28,880 nucleotides of DNA from Paraspadella gotoi (taxonomy: Eukaryota > Animalia > Chaetognatha). The position numbers and the translations under genes are program-made. The stretch lies in contig JBJCIZ010000643.1 of the NCBI GenBank assembly GCA_051294375.1, positions 1 to 28,880 of the forward strand. Direction: 5' to 3'. Shown in pieces: positions 1 to 12,500 of this stretch (positions are counted from its first letter, which is position 1; every line of letters starts with the position of its first letter). Under the pieces are notes generated by a model. That model was not told where the DNA came from. It saw only the letters and a program-made list of their open reading frames with translations, and made no database searches.

Positions 1-59
1 TCAAAATCAGAGAGTAGATAAACTTAAAAAATTCAAATAATGTCTTTTTTGCGTTTTTT

Positions 60-1620
60 CTAATTTTGAACTCTTTTCCACTATTACGATCCATCAAAAA
101 AATTTTATATCCAGCTTATATCACATACTTTCCTTACCCACACACAAAAATTCAATTTCGATTTATCTATCCAATTTTTAATAAACATAATAATATGAGC
201 TAAATTAAGTAAAAATACTTCAAGTAAATATGACTTTTTTTTTATTTCCATTTTAACTCATTTCATCATCGCACGATTCCATACGAAAACTTTATATCCA
301 GCTCACTCACCACACTTTCCTTACCATCATACCAAAATTCAAGTGAATTGCACTATCCACTCATGAAGTAATTGGCGTTCAAAATAGTGAAACATATTTT
401 TTTTTTGTTTTTTCCATTTAAACAATTTCCACTCCGCACGATTCCCTTCGAAACTTCATATCCATCTCAATCCACACAGTTCCTACCCACACACACAAAT
501 TTCATACCAATCCATCCATCCAATCACGATAATTGGAGATTTTTGCTAAGCGTGGGACGGACGGACGGACGCGACATCTTTTTAGTCGGATCTGGCTTTC
601 AGCAGATTCCCGACTCTATAACTCACTTTTGTGGTCCGTCGGTCCGCCCCTCAATTATTGTCGGGCAGTCACTTATCATTCATGTCAGAACATCGAATTA
701 TGATAAAATTTATGCAAAAAAAACGATGTCTGTCCGTTCCGTCATGTCTGTCCGTCCATCCGTCCGCGTCCGGTCCGTCCCACCTTTAGCAAAAAACAAC
801 TAATTACTCGTGATTGATGATGGATTGAATGAAATTTGTGTTGGTGTACGTGATGGTTGTGAATGAGCTTGTATATGAAAGTTTCAGATGCGAATCGTGC
901 CGAGTGGAAAATGAGTTTATTAAATGGAAAAAATTAAAAAATTAATGTCACTATTTGAACTACCAATTTACTCAAGAGTGGATGCGGTGATGACTGAAAT
1001 TTTGGTATTTGGGTTAGGAAGTGATGTTGATTGAGCTTGGAAATCAAGTTTCGATGAATCTTTGAGTGAATATGCAGTTTTTAATGGAAAAAGCACAAAA
1101 ACCTGTTTCACTAATTGATTATAGCTTCTTTTTTTTTTTATATTAAATGTAAATGAAGGATTGTATTAATAAATTCAAATTAATTAATCAGTTAATTAAT
1201 CAATAGTCAATTAATTTAATCCATAAATTAATTAAGTTTCAATCAATCCGTCCTTCCGTCCATCTTAGCAAAAAGCTCCAATAATCTGTGATTGGCTGGT
1301 TGGATTGGAATGAAATTTTGTGTGTGCGTAGCGACAGGTGAGATGAAGCTGGATATGAAAGTTTCGATGGAATCGTGCGGAGTGAAATGAGTTTTAAATG
1401 GAAAAAAACATTAAGTTGCATTTACTAAAATATTTTTACTTATTTTTAACAATAAATACCTCTATTTAATCATTAATTGGAATGGATATTTTTAGCAGTT
1501 AAAATTTTGTGTTGGCGTAGGAAAGGCTGTGACGAAGCTCGATACAAAGGTTCGGTGGCAGAAACAGTACGAGTGGAAATGAGTATGAATACAACAACAT
1601 GATGAGTCACATTTACTTGA
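60..1620. repeat. Cluster of Helentron-associated/DINE-1-like (HINE) non-autonomous repeat copies in both orientations
   Basis: Three ~175-bp tandem core units (aactcatttccactc..gattccatcgaaactt..atatccagctc..cttccttacccac..aaatttca) at ~66-560 on +, a (GGAC)n/(GTCC)n microsatellite at ~555-570 and ~730-780, a terminal hairpin gtcggatctg(g)ctttcagcagattcccgac at ~585-615, and minus-strand copies of the core at ~780-1090 and ~1245-1620. The same family occurs at 7675-8896 and 15280-15754. The family assignment is inferred from the architecture. Confidence 0.65.
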
Positions 1621-1659
1621 ATTTTAATACAAATAAAAATAAAATCGTTAACAACCTAT

Positions 1660-1979
1660 AGTATTGGAAAATTTCCAATTTGTAAACCATTGTAACTTTT
1701 ATTGTCTTTCTTTTATTTATTTTTAATTATATAATATATTTTTTTTTCAGGCGCTGCCTTTTCTGAATCGTTTAAAACGAGTTCAGTCTCTCTCAGTCTC
1801 TGTCTGTCTCTCTCTGTGTGCGTCTGTCCTCTCTCTGTACGATCTCTTGCGTGATTCGTTCGTTTTGAAAATTCTGATTAATTTTTTCTTTCTAAAAATA
1901 TATATTTGATCAGGCGCTGCCTTTTCTGAATCGTTTAAAAACGAGTTCAGGCTTCTCTCTCTCACTCTTCCCTCCGTCT

Positions 1980-2016
<37 letters not shown>

Positions 2017-2084
2017 TTTAAAAAAAAAAATTATTCACTTTTTTTTCACCACCGTTACAAGGCGACGAGGTAAACGAGTTCCGG

Positions 2085-2132
<48 letters not shown>

Positions 2133-2870
2133 GTTACGATCGTTCGTTTTTTTGGAAAAATTCTTTATTTAATTCTCTTTGCTTCTAAAAACTTTTATTA
2201 AACGCACATTTAGTTTTTTTTCTCAATACAAAATCCAGATTTTCGTGGATTCATTTTAGAAAAAGGGAAGAATAACTTATAATGCAGGCAATGTCACATG
2301 TACATCAACTTGTGTGACAGCGTAGGCGATACCTGCTATTATATCGCGGCAATTGCGCGGATTTAATATAAATAATAGATAATTTTTATATTTGTTGTAC
2401 CAATTCATATATAATATAAAATATAACAATCTAAAATTTCATTCAAGATAAATTTTATTTAAGATGAGGAAATAAAAATTGTATTTGGATAAGTATAAAA
2501 AAATATATTGGAAAAGTCATTTTATTAGTATTCTTCTCTATTATTTCATCTTATTTTCTCTCTAATTCAACTCTCTGTACTTTCTCTCTCTCTCTCTCTC
2601 TCTCCTCTCTAATTAACTCATCGCGTCAATGAATGACTATCATCGCATCAATGATGACTATCATCGCATCAATGAATGATTATTATCCGTCAATGAAATA
2701 CTATCATCACATCAATGAATGAATATCAATCGCATCAATGAATGATTATCATCGCATCCATAATTTGGTTATCATCGGCATCAATCCTTTGCGTTATCCA
2801 TTTGGTCATCGCATCAATATTTGGTTATCATCGCATCAATATTTGGTTATCATCAAAAGCAGGCTCGATC
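1660..2870 (+). repeat. Dispersed repeat with (CT)n microsatellites and internal tandem units
   Basis: caggcgctgccttttctgaatcgtttaaaa is repeated at ~1748 and ~1911. The block ~2200-2520 matches ~20570-21170 in reverse orientation. Related pieces lie at ~3940-4840 (-) and ~26950-27140. Confidence 0.6.
2618..2855 (+). repeat. Minisatellite, ~22-bp unit atcgcatcaatgaatgactatc (later units ~18 bp)
   Basis: About 10 degenerate tandem copies. A reverse-complement run of the same unit is at ~19926-19985. Confidence 0.85.
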
Positions 2871-2977
2871 CCTATTGCTTTTAAGATTTTTATTTATTGA
2901 TTACTAATAAATGTTTTATTAAAATTAATTAATTAAAGATTAATTTAAATACATGAAAATTCAAAAATATCAATTGT

Positions 2978-3600
2978 AAAAAAATTATGCATGAAAAATA
3001 TGCGAGTTGAGTTGAAAAAATTATGCAAGTTGAAAATTAGCAAGTTGAAAAAATTATGCAAGTTGAAAAAATTATGCAAGTTGAAAAAATTATGCAAGCT
3101 TGAAAAAATTATGCAATTTGAAAAAATTATTGCAAGTTGAAAAAATTATGCAAGTTGAAAAAATTAGCAAGTTGAAAAAATTATGCAAGTTGAAAAAATT
3201 ATTGCAATATTGAAAAAATATGCAATTTGAAAAAATTATGCAAGTTGAAAAAATATGCATTGAAAAATTAGTGCAATTGGAAAAAATATGAAGTAAAATT
3301 TATTGCAAGTTGAAAAAAATTATGCAAGTTAAAAATAATGCAAGTTAAAAAAATTAGAGCAAGTTGAAGAAAATATGCAAGTTGCAAGAAATATGCGTGA
3401 AATATAGCAAGTTGAAAAAATGATTGCAAGTTGAAATAAAATGATGCAAGCTTAACAAAAATGATGCAAATTGTAAAATCGATGTAAATTGAAAAAATGA
3501 TGAGTTGAAAAAATTATGGTGCTGGAAAAAAAATAGTATGATGCGAGTTATAAAAAAATGCAATGTGCCGAGTTTAAAAAAAATTATAGTTAAAAAAATA
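2978..3600 (+). repeat. Minisatellite, 18-bp unit gcaagttgaaaaaattat
   Basis: Roughly 30 tandem copies, most homogeneous at ~3040-3250 and degenerating towards both ends. Confidence 0.9.
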
Positions 3601-5675
3601 TAAAAAATATTGTAGATTTATCATCTGATTAGCAGATTACCGCTTTAATTTATTGTAGGCAGATCCGACATTGTTTTGCTCAAACTTGTTTTTGCATAAT
3701 TAATCATAATTCGTTGTTCTGACATGATATAAGTGTGCTGCCGACAATATTGAGGGGGCGGACCGAGCGACCGACAAAGTGAGTTATAGAGTCGGGATCT
3801 GCTGATAAAAATTTAATTGTGATATTCGTTTTCTCCACCTAATTTGGAATAAGAAACTTTGCAAAAATCAATCTGGGAGGCCAAATTAATATTTATTGTA
3901 GTAGACATAACAAGCGCGTGAGACATGAAGCAAGTAGAAGGGAGACTATTTCTAAAGATACACAAAAAATCTTAAAGCATAAGGATCGTCGCAATCGCAT
4001 AAGAAAAATCTGGATTGACGACAAATTTTGATACTTAAAAAATCAAATTTGAGAAAAGAAAAATAATTCATAAACAGAAAGAAAAAGAAAAAAAAGAATA
4101 ATAAATATAAAACAGTAAAATAACTTATTTTCAAGTTTAATTTTTAGCAAGTGCTAAGTTTGGAGAGACATTATTGAAGGTACTTTTGTTTTACTTTTAG
4201 CCCGCATAAGCGAGCAGTTTGATCGAATGCGACCTCTCTAAACACTGTCAACATTCCAAGACAAAAGACAAAGTGAAACTTGAATCAGACTGACGAAGTG
4301 AAGTAAAGACTAAATTGAAGTAAAATGAAGTAAAGTAAAATAAAACAATAAAATAAATATATATTAAAAAAAATTATTCTGATTGATATTTAGAATATTT
4401 AGGAAAAAAAATTCATGAAAATCTCGGATGTGAATTTGGGAATAAATGGCGATAATAAAAATTTTTAGAGGGAAAAAATTAATCAGAGAGAGAGAGAGAG
4501 AGAAAAGCCAAATCGTTTTCAGACGAATCAGCAGCGGCAGCAGCAGAGGCATCAAGAAAAAAAGAAAAATCAAAAGACAGAAGCAGAAGCAACAGGAGAA
4601 AAGAGAGAAAAAGAAAGAGCCCCTGCAGAGCCAGCTGCAGAGAAAAAAATCAAAAGGCAGCAGCAGAAGCAGCAGGAGAAAAGAGAGAAAAAGAATAAGC
4701 CCCTGCAGACTCGTTTTTTTCCCTTATGATTATGAATCAGTGACTAGGGAAAAGAGAGAGGGAGAGAGACATGTAATTAAAAGAGAAAAAAGAAAAAGAA
4801 ATATGAAAATAAAAGAGAGAAAATTTGTTTGTTTTGATAAAACGTAAACAAAACATATTTAATAACAGTCCAGACTCAATTTTAAGCACATCGATGATGA
4901 GAAGCTGTATATAAATTTTCAGCTTCATACATCCAAATTTAATCATAAAAAAAACGTTCTATAATTTGGAACGCCGACGACGACAAAGACGCCACTTATG
5001 CGCAAAAGCGTTACAATATCGTCGCAAACGCTAAGCGATTGCGATGATAAAAACATAAGTCACATTAACTTAAATCTTTTTACTAATTTAAACCTATCGA
5101 AATAATCATAATTGGATAGATTAAATTTTGTGGGTGGGTAGGAAAGTGTGAGGATGCAAGTCGTTCGAGTCGAAGGGGCGATCAGGTTTTTGCTAGCAAT
5201 CAATTATTTTTAAAATTCCATGGTCAAGCACTCAATAAAGTGGGACAATATGGGTATATTCGGAAAGCGCAGGTTCTTGAGAAGAACACGCATGGGGAGC
5301 GCGAGCTTTATTTTAACCTTTTCATGTATTAAAATGCATTTTAAATAGATTGGTTCTACCCATTCCAATCTTTCTCTCCGAAAAAATGAAAACAAAAATT
5401 TATTCTTGATTGCTTGTTTTGGTAATCAAATTAACAACTTTTTTAACCTTTAATTCCGACCTCAAGCCGTCAATAAATGTCTATTTTGAATACACTGGAA
5501 GAAAGCCCAGCTGATTATCTGCTAATTATTAGTCAAAATGACTTGGTATTTTACAATTTATTCATATTCAAACATGACCCATGGACTTATTCCCTTGTGA
5601 CTTACAGCGATTAGGGCATTTAAAGTTAACAAAATATAAGATATCAAACATCATTCATCGCGATTTTACTGTAAC

Positions 5676-7669
5676 TAGGGTTACGATAACCGTTAACAGT
5701 TAACGGTTAAAAATAATTTTAACCTCACCGTTAATATATTTATTTTAACGCTTAAATTCGGTTAATTTTTAAATATGATTTTTTTTATTTTTTGGTATAA
5801 AATTTTTAATTTTTTAAAAGAAAAGTAATTTTTTCTTGTCGTCTCTTATGTCTCTGTCTCCGTTTTCTGCGGCATAAATTTTTCACCTCTCTCTCTCTTT
5901 TCCATTTTTACCCGTTTTTTTCCTTTGTTATTTTCACGGCCTTTTAAGTCTGTTTTCCTTATACTAATCTGCCTTCAGTACCTTTCTTTTTCTTTCTCTC
6001 TTTTCCCCTTTTTCTTTTTCCCCTTTCTTTTCTCTCCTTTTTTTCTCCCTTTTCTTTTACCTTTTTTATTTTTTTTCTTCCCTTCCAGTGTTTTTTTCTT
6101 TTTCTTACTTATTTTTTCCCAATTTTTTTCGTTTTTCCTTTCAATTAATTTTATGCATTTACATTAAAGAACATATTGAAATATAATATATAATATTATA
6201 TATGCACATATATTGCATACATTTTTTTGTATAAAATAATATATCCTACTTTGCTATTTTTTATTTCATTCTTTAAAACAATGTAATAAAAAAATTAATA
6301 ATAGAAGGAACTAATCCTAAAATGGACATTAAGGCTAACTAAAACTATCCTTCAAACATGATATATTTTTTAATAAAACTGAAAAAAATATTTAATAATC
6401 AATAAATCTTTGGATCAATCGATCAATCAAACATTTAATCAAAAAATTAATATTCATAATTTATATTTATGGTTATGGCTTATGAAAAAATAAAAACAGA
6501 AAACAAGTGTTCAAGAAACTAACAACTAGAAAAATAATGAAGAGATATAACAAAAAAAAAGAGAAAGAGAAAGAAAAAACAAAACATAGAATTTCTTTGT
6601 CCTTTTATATATTTTTATTATGCTATGAGGCAAAAGAAAAAGTTTTGTAAGATTTATCACGATGCATTATCTGATTAGCTAAATTATCATAGGTAGATTC
6701 AAAATAGTTTGCTCAAACCATATTTTCATTTACTAACTAAAATGTGTACCTATCTATCTGAAATAGAAGATAAAAAAGATTCAGGAGCAAGAGTTAAAGA
6801 TAAAATACCATTAAATACTTTAGGTTGATTTAAATAATAATATTGTTACGAAATAACTATCTTTATATCACGAAGAAATCCAGCTTCTCCCACCTTTTTC
6901 CGCGATGCTCTTTTGTCTTTTTTACTGACGCAAGAATTGCCAGCTTTCCAGCGATTACAGAGACACTCTTTGGTTTAGACTTTTGTTATATATATACTTA
7001 AGTACAGATTCCGTGGCAGATTCTGATTGGTTCATGGCGATTTCGATGGATTTTAATTACGATTTATGCGATGTGAACGATCGGATCTGTCATTCTTGCA
7101 CTTTTCAGTTCTCTGAAAATCTCGGAATCTTTAGTTTTTAGAAACATATTTGGTAATTGCTGGATTGGTGGACTTTCCTGTGAGAGAAGCAACTTTTTGT
7201 TACTATTTTGGCTTCAAGAAACAAGTAAGAAAGATTCTTTAAACTTTATATATATATTTGCTGAGTTTGTATTAAATGTTTTGTTATTCTTGGCCCAGGA
7301 CTTCTAACTTTACTTCTACTTTACTTCAACTCTTCTATAACACTTTAAAACCTAGCTATTCGTTTAAGTCCTGGGCTTCGCCTTTGTGGCTGGGGAGACT
7401 TTGTCGTCCTCATCTATTGAGCTTCATAGACCGGCGCCATCGTCTCCTCTGCGCCATTACGCCACAAATACCAACGCTTTATTTGGCGTAGAGTTAGCCC
7501 GGAAAAGTTAGCAAGTCAATGAAACCACTCTCCGAACTTAGTTCAAAACAAATATTTTAAATTAAAAGTTAAATTATAAAATTAACCGATTTTAACGGTT
7601 AACCGTTAAAAATATTAATTTTAACGGTTAAGCGAAATTTCTAAAAAATTAACGGTTATCGGAACGCTA
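5676..7669. mobile_element. Non-autonomous hAT-type DNA transposon (1994 bp)
   Basis: 21-bp TIRs TAGGGTTACGATAACCGTTAA / TTAACGGTTATCGGAACGCTA (2 mismatches), a perfect 8-bp TSD ACTGTAAC (5668-5675 and 7670-7677), multiple subterminal AACCGTT/AACGGTT motifs at both ends, and no transposase ORF. Confidence 0.88.
6844..7550 (+). mobile_element. Solo LTR (707 bp), BEL/Pao- or Gypsy-like
   Basis: TGTT...AACA termini with a 5-bp TSD AATAT (6839-6843 and 7551-7555). Diverged partial copies in reverse orientation lie at ~19790-19890 and ~24530-24721; the latter ends exactly at the tgttacgaaataac terminus. The superfamily and orientation are tentative. Confidence 0.7.
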
Positions 7670-8095
7670 ACTGTAACAAGTTTGAGGAAACAATGTCGGA
7701 TCTGCCCACGATCATTATCGGTAATTAATTAATTAATAATTAATTTATTCAAGTTAATTATTTAATTAATTATGCAATTATGCAATTAATTTGATCCAAA
7801 ATGTTTGTTTTGATTGATTAATTAACTGATTAATTATGGATTAATTAATTGACTAATTTATTAACAAATTAATTATTTGATTAATTAATACATCTTGCAT
7901 TTACATTTAAAATAAAAAGAAAAAGAAGCATAATCAATTAGTGAAACAGGTTTTTTGTTTTTTCAATTTCAACTCATTTCCACTCAAACGATTCCATCGA
8001 AACTTGATTTCCAGTTTAATCACGCACTTTTCTTTTTTTTTCTTTTTACCCAAATACAAAATTTCAAGTCAATCGCCCCATCCACTCATGAGTAA

Positions 8096-8778
8096 TAAGG
8101 CGTAGTGAAAATTACATACGAAAATTTTAAAAGTCAATTATGAACAACATACTATCAGTGAACATTAATTTGTAAAAAAAAATTATTTTATGTTTTTTAA
8201 TTTTTGCAGTAGGTTTTATTTAGTATACTATCCTTATAAAATCGAAAAATTTCAAAATAGGCTTTTCTTTATTTTGATTGCAGTTTTGAATTCCTCGTCA
8301 AAAGTTGATGAAAAAAATATAAATCATTTTTAAAAATTCTTTCATTAAGTGGGTTAAAAATTAAAAAAACTATATTTAATATATAAAAAATTAATTTTCA
8401 GCTTAAAATATAATTTTTTTTAATTTTTGACCCACTTATTGAAGGAATTTTTCAAAAAGAGTTCTATTTCTTTTTGTCAACTTTATATGACAAATCCAAA
8501 TCTGCAAAAAAAATCTTAGAAAAAACTGTTTTGAAATTTTAACATTTATTGGTTTAGTACTAGTATAAATATGGCCTACTGCGTAAATTGTAAAATTTAT
8601 TAAAAATTTTTTTATTATATAAATGTTCATTAATATAATATTGTTTGTTCCTCACTTTTAGAAATGTGAGCCGAAACATGTCCGTATCTCCAATTAAATT
8701 TGTTGTACCACAATTAAAAACTTTGTTTTTCTCTAGAATTTTAATTAAAGTTAAATTTAGAAATTTTACTACGCCTTA
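8096..8778. mobile_element. MITE with TAAGGCGTAGT TIRs and 8-bp TSD (hAT- or P-like)
   Basis: taaggcgtagtgaaaatt / aattttactacgcctta termini and TSD ATGAGTAA (8088-8095 and 8779-8786). An empty-site paralog lies at ~357-392. There is a central palindrome at ~8330-8450. Confidence 0.85.
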
Positions 8779-8896
8779 ATGAGTAATTGGTGTTCAAATA
8801 GTGAAATATATTTTTTAGTTTTTTCCATTTAAACTCATTTTCACTCGGACGATTCCATCGAAACTTCATATCCATTATCCAGCTCAATCACATGCT

Positions 8897-9482
8897 TGTG
8901 GTCGGACCACGGAGGTCAACCACAGCGTGACGGAGTGACGGCCACAGCGAGATATGATACTAAGACGTTAGTGACAGAGATAAGAATCTTCTTCATTGAC
9001 GTTGCAGGGAAAAGAGTATCGTTATAATTGAGTTTGTTTTACATTATTTCATAATTGGAGAGAACTTAGTTATTTCATCTCATTTGAATATTGTAGAATA
9101 TTTGATTCAAATTATGAAGGATAAAAACAGTTTGATTCAACTCGATTAGTTTTGTTCATCTTCTTTCTAATGTATTCTATTACATTTAGATGAATTAATT
9201 AAATCGTTAGCAGAGAAAAAGGTATTTATTATCTTCATCATTAGATCAGAAAATCGAGACTGAAATTATTCAGTTAACAGAGAATAAAGAAAACAATGTG
9301 TAAACAAAACAGTTTTGAAATAATCGCCATCTTCTGGGGAGGAATTCAATCAGAGACAAACAAAAGGTTTCAACTTTGTTTAAAGCTTTATATAAGAATT
9401 TTGGAGCCAGATTTATCGGGTTCGAATCCCGAGCAGGGGGCAATTTATTTATAATACAATAAGTTGATCGGAAACGCCTACA
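8897..9482 (-). repeat. 3' LTR of the Gypsy element
   Basis: Direct repeat of 14694-15279 with no differences seen by eye. It is preceded on the minus strand by the PPT. Confidence 0.97.
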
Positions 9483-9495
9483 TCCCCCCGTGTTT
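9483..9495 (-). other. Polypurine tract
   Basis: The minus strand reads AAACACGGGGGGA immediately before the TGTAGG start of the 3' LTR. Confidence 0.85.
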
Positions 9496-9580
9496 AAATA
9501 TATCATTAATATTTCAATAAAAAAATTTAAAATAAATTGTTGTCGTCGGTATGGTGAGTGAATGTACTAATATATACACA

Positions 9581-12500
9581 TTATGAACTAATAGCTGGGA
9601 TTTTGTTGACGTTTTTGCCTTTGTTGTTGTTTTCTTGTTGTTGTCGATTGATCAATTCTTTTAGGACAACAGCGTAAGTTGGACGAGAGTCGATACTGTG
9701 CGCCTTATTTGAAAATTCTTCGTTCGTCGTCTTTGAGAACCTCCACGTTGGCTCAATATTTTGGTTCTCAAGATCGGTGTTGTTGTTGTTCTTCTTTTTT
9801 CCTCCCGTTGCCGGCGAAGTCGTTGTTCGTGGAGGCCTGGGAGAATGGGAAGAAAGAGGCAAAAAACGTAATGGGGATGGGGGTGGGTCGGGGAGACAGG
9901 GGGGTGGATTGGGAGAGATGGTGAAGAGGGGAGGAGGAGGGGGAGGAGGAGGAGGAGGAGAACGCGGAGGAGATTCTGCGCGCCGATTTCTCGAACGAGT
10001 TTGTCGATCGGTTTGAGCTGGCTGCCTCGTTCGAATTCCTGGTCGACGGCCTGGCCTTCTCTCCGGGAGAGCCTCTGAGTTGTCGATCTGCTCGTCGACG
10101 TCTTCGTCGCTGATCCATGCAGGTTTTATGCGAGCGATATTCACTACCTCTCGGCCGACGCTCGGAATCTCGACGGTCATGTTTAATCCGTTTCTATTTA
10201 TGACGCGGAAGGGGCCTTCATAAGGAGGCACCAGAGAAGGTTGTACACCCGCTCGTCGAATGAATACGTATTTCGCTGCGTCGAGATTAGATGGGATATG
10301 CGTTGCTGGCTGTCGGTGAGCGGACGTTGGCTGCGTTTGTAGGCGAGCTACCTCGATTCGAAGATTTGAGAGATGATTACGACGTTGTTGGTTCGAGACG
10401 TCGTTCTGGAGTTGAGAGTCGCCTAGTAACATTCCGGGGACGGCGAGGCCCTCGCCGAAGACGAGATCTGCAGCTGAGGCGCCGACGTCCTCCTTGACGG
10501 TCGTGCGGATTGCTAATAGCGTCAATGGCAGTTTCCAGAACCATTTTTCTTTTTCGTCTCTCGCCAGAGCTATTAACGATTCCTTCAATCTTCTGTGGAA
10601 CCTTTCCACGAGTCCGTTTGCTTGTGGGTGGTAAGCAGTGGTTGGTTGGTGACGAATGCCCCATAGTTTGGTTAGTTGGCGCCATAACGTTGACATAAAT
10701 TGGCTTCCGCGGTCAGTTGTAATCACTGCCGGAGTACCGAATGTACTAATCCAATTTAAACTTAACGCGTCGATTATTGTCGGGGTAAGTGTATTCTCAA
10801 TAGGGATGGCGGCTGGCCAACGGGAAAAACGGTCGACTATTGTCAACAAGTGGGAAAATCCGTTTGATCGTGGCATTTTTACAAGGTCCAAGTTTAAATG
10901 TTGGAATCGCTTCGCTGGAATTTTGAAATCTCCAATTTCAGGGATTATATGTCTCGTTACCTTCGCTTTCTGACAGTCGAGGCAATCTCTCGCCCAACGA
11001 GTTACATCCTGGCGCATGTTTGTCCAAACAAACTTCGATGCCATCGCCTTGCGAGTGGCCTCGACTCCAGGGTGACCTAAACCATGGATTACATCGAATA
11101 CTTTTCGTCTCCACGCCGCTGGTACGAATGGGCGAGCTGGCCCATTCGAAATATCTGCTAATAGATCGTGGTTGCCGACTTTTATTTTTCGAAAAGTTAA
11201 TCCTGATCGTGCGTCGTCTGAGATCCTCTGGAAATCGTTGTCAAGAGCTTGTTCACGAGCCATTTGCTCGAAGTCGATGTTGAAAGTCGTGAGGGACGCT
11301 ATGACGGCGTTTACATCCTCTAATCGGTTTGTTTTAATGCTCGATTTCATTTTTTCGCTTGGATTTGTTTTTTCAGACGCTGTAGCTGCTCTTTGGCTTG
11401 ATTCGTTGGCTTGGGTTTCGTTCTGAAGCTCTGAGAGTTGCGTTAGGGATGAGATGGAGTTCGAGGTGGGTGCCGTTTGGCTCGAAGTGATAGCTGGGTC
11501 CTCGTTTCGCTTCTTCTCGGCCGTTGATATTGTCTCGGTCGAGGTTTTTGCCATTTGGCAGGCCTTCGTTTTCGCGTTTTCGTTTTTAGTGGCGCTGGCG
11601 TCGTTCGATGCCGTTTTGATGAGTAAATTGGGCCGGGAGAGGGCATCGGCCACTACATTGGCCTTTCCTTTCAGGTAGCGGATGTCTGTCGTGAATTCCG
11701 CGATCGCAGAGAGCTGATAAGCCTGACGACAAGTTTGTGGCTCGGATTTTTTTCGTATTGCAGATACTAAGCTTTGGTGATCTGTGTAAATCGTAAATGA
11801 GCGACCTTCTACCCAATGTCGAAAGTGCCGAACTGCGCGAAACGCGCCGAAAAGTTCTCTATCAAAGGGTGGCCAGAGTTTTTGATTTTTGGCGAGCTTG
11901 GCAGAGAAAAACGCCAAAGGCTCCCACCCTTTGGGTCCTCTCTGCTCCAAGACTGCGCCGACGGCGTGGTCAGAAGCGTCTGTAGTTATACAGAGTTGTG
12001 CCCCTGTACGTGGATGGTGTAACAACGCCGCGGAGATGAGGCCTTCTTTGATGGCATCGAAGGCTCGCTCACAGTCGTCTGTCCACTTCAGGGCTTTCGG
12101 CTTGCCACTTAGAGCTTCGTAGAGTGCTGAGCATCTGTGAGCGACCCTTGGTATGAATCTGCGATAGTAATTGACCATACCAAGGAATCGCTGAAGCTCT
12201 TTGATAGACGTAGGGCGTGTCGTTTCTCTGAGTGTCTGTACTCTTTCCGGGAGAGGCCTCACGCCGTTACGGTCGACCAGAAAACCCAGAAACTCGAGTG
12301 AGTCTTGACCCAAGAGACATTTCTTGGTATTAACGACTAGCCCGTTCTCGTCCAGTGCCTTGAAGACACGCTCCAGATCCTTGAGGTGTTCTTCTGGAGT
12401 CGTCGACGCCACCAAAATATCGTCCAGGTAGACGAATGTGTGTGGGATATCCCCAAGGATCTGGTCCATGAGGCGCTGGAAATCTTGCCCAGCGTTCTTC

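Noticed and set aside
372-803. 143-aa ORF
   Set aside because: It runs across two oppositely oriented HINE copies and a (GTCC)n microsatellite, and it has no domain motif.
2978-3600. CRISPR-like array
   Set aside because: The 18-bp units are head-to-tail with no unique spacers, there are no cas genes, and the context is eukaryotic.
4446-4847. 133-aa K/R/E-rich ORF, and similar F/L/S-rich ORFs at 5925, 19982, 21093 and 21688
   Set aside because: These are translations of (GA)n/(CT)n low-complexity repeat sequence.
5180-5330. Possible Pif1/Helitron helicase relic (HGQALNKVG resembling SQGQTLNKVG)
   Set aside because: Only one short motif matches and the flanking motifs do not, so it cannot be supported without a search.
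9870-9970. G-quadruplex-like G runs on the + strand
   Set aside because: They are fully explained by proline codons of the integrase tail on the minus strand.
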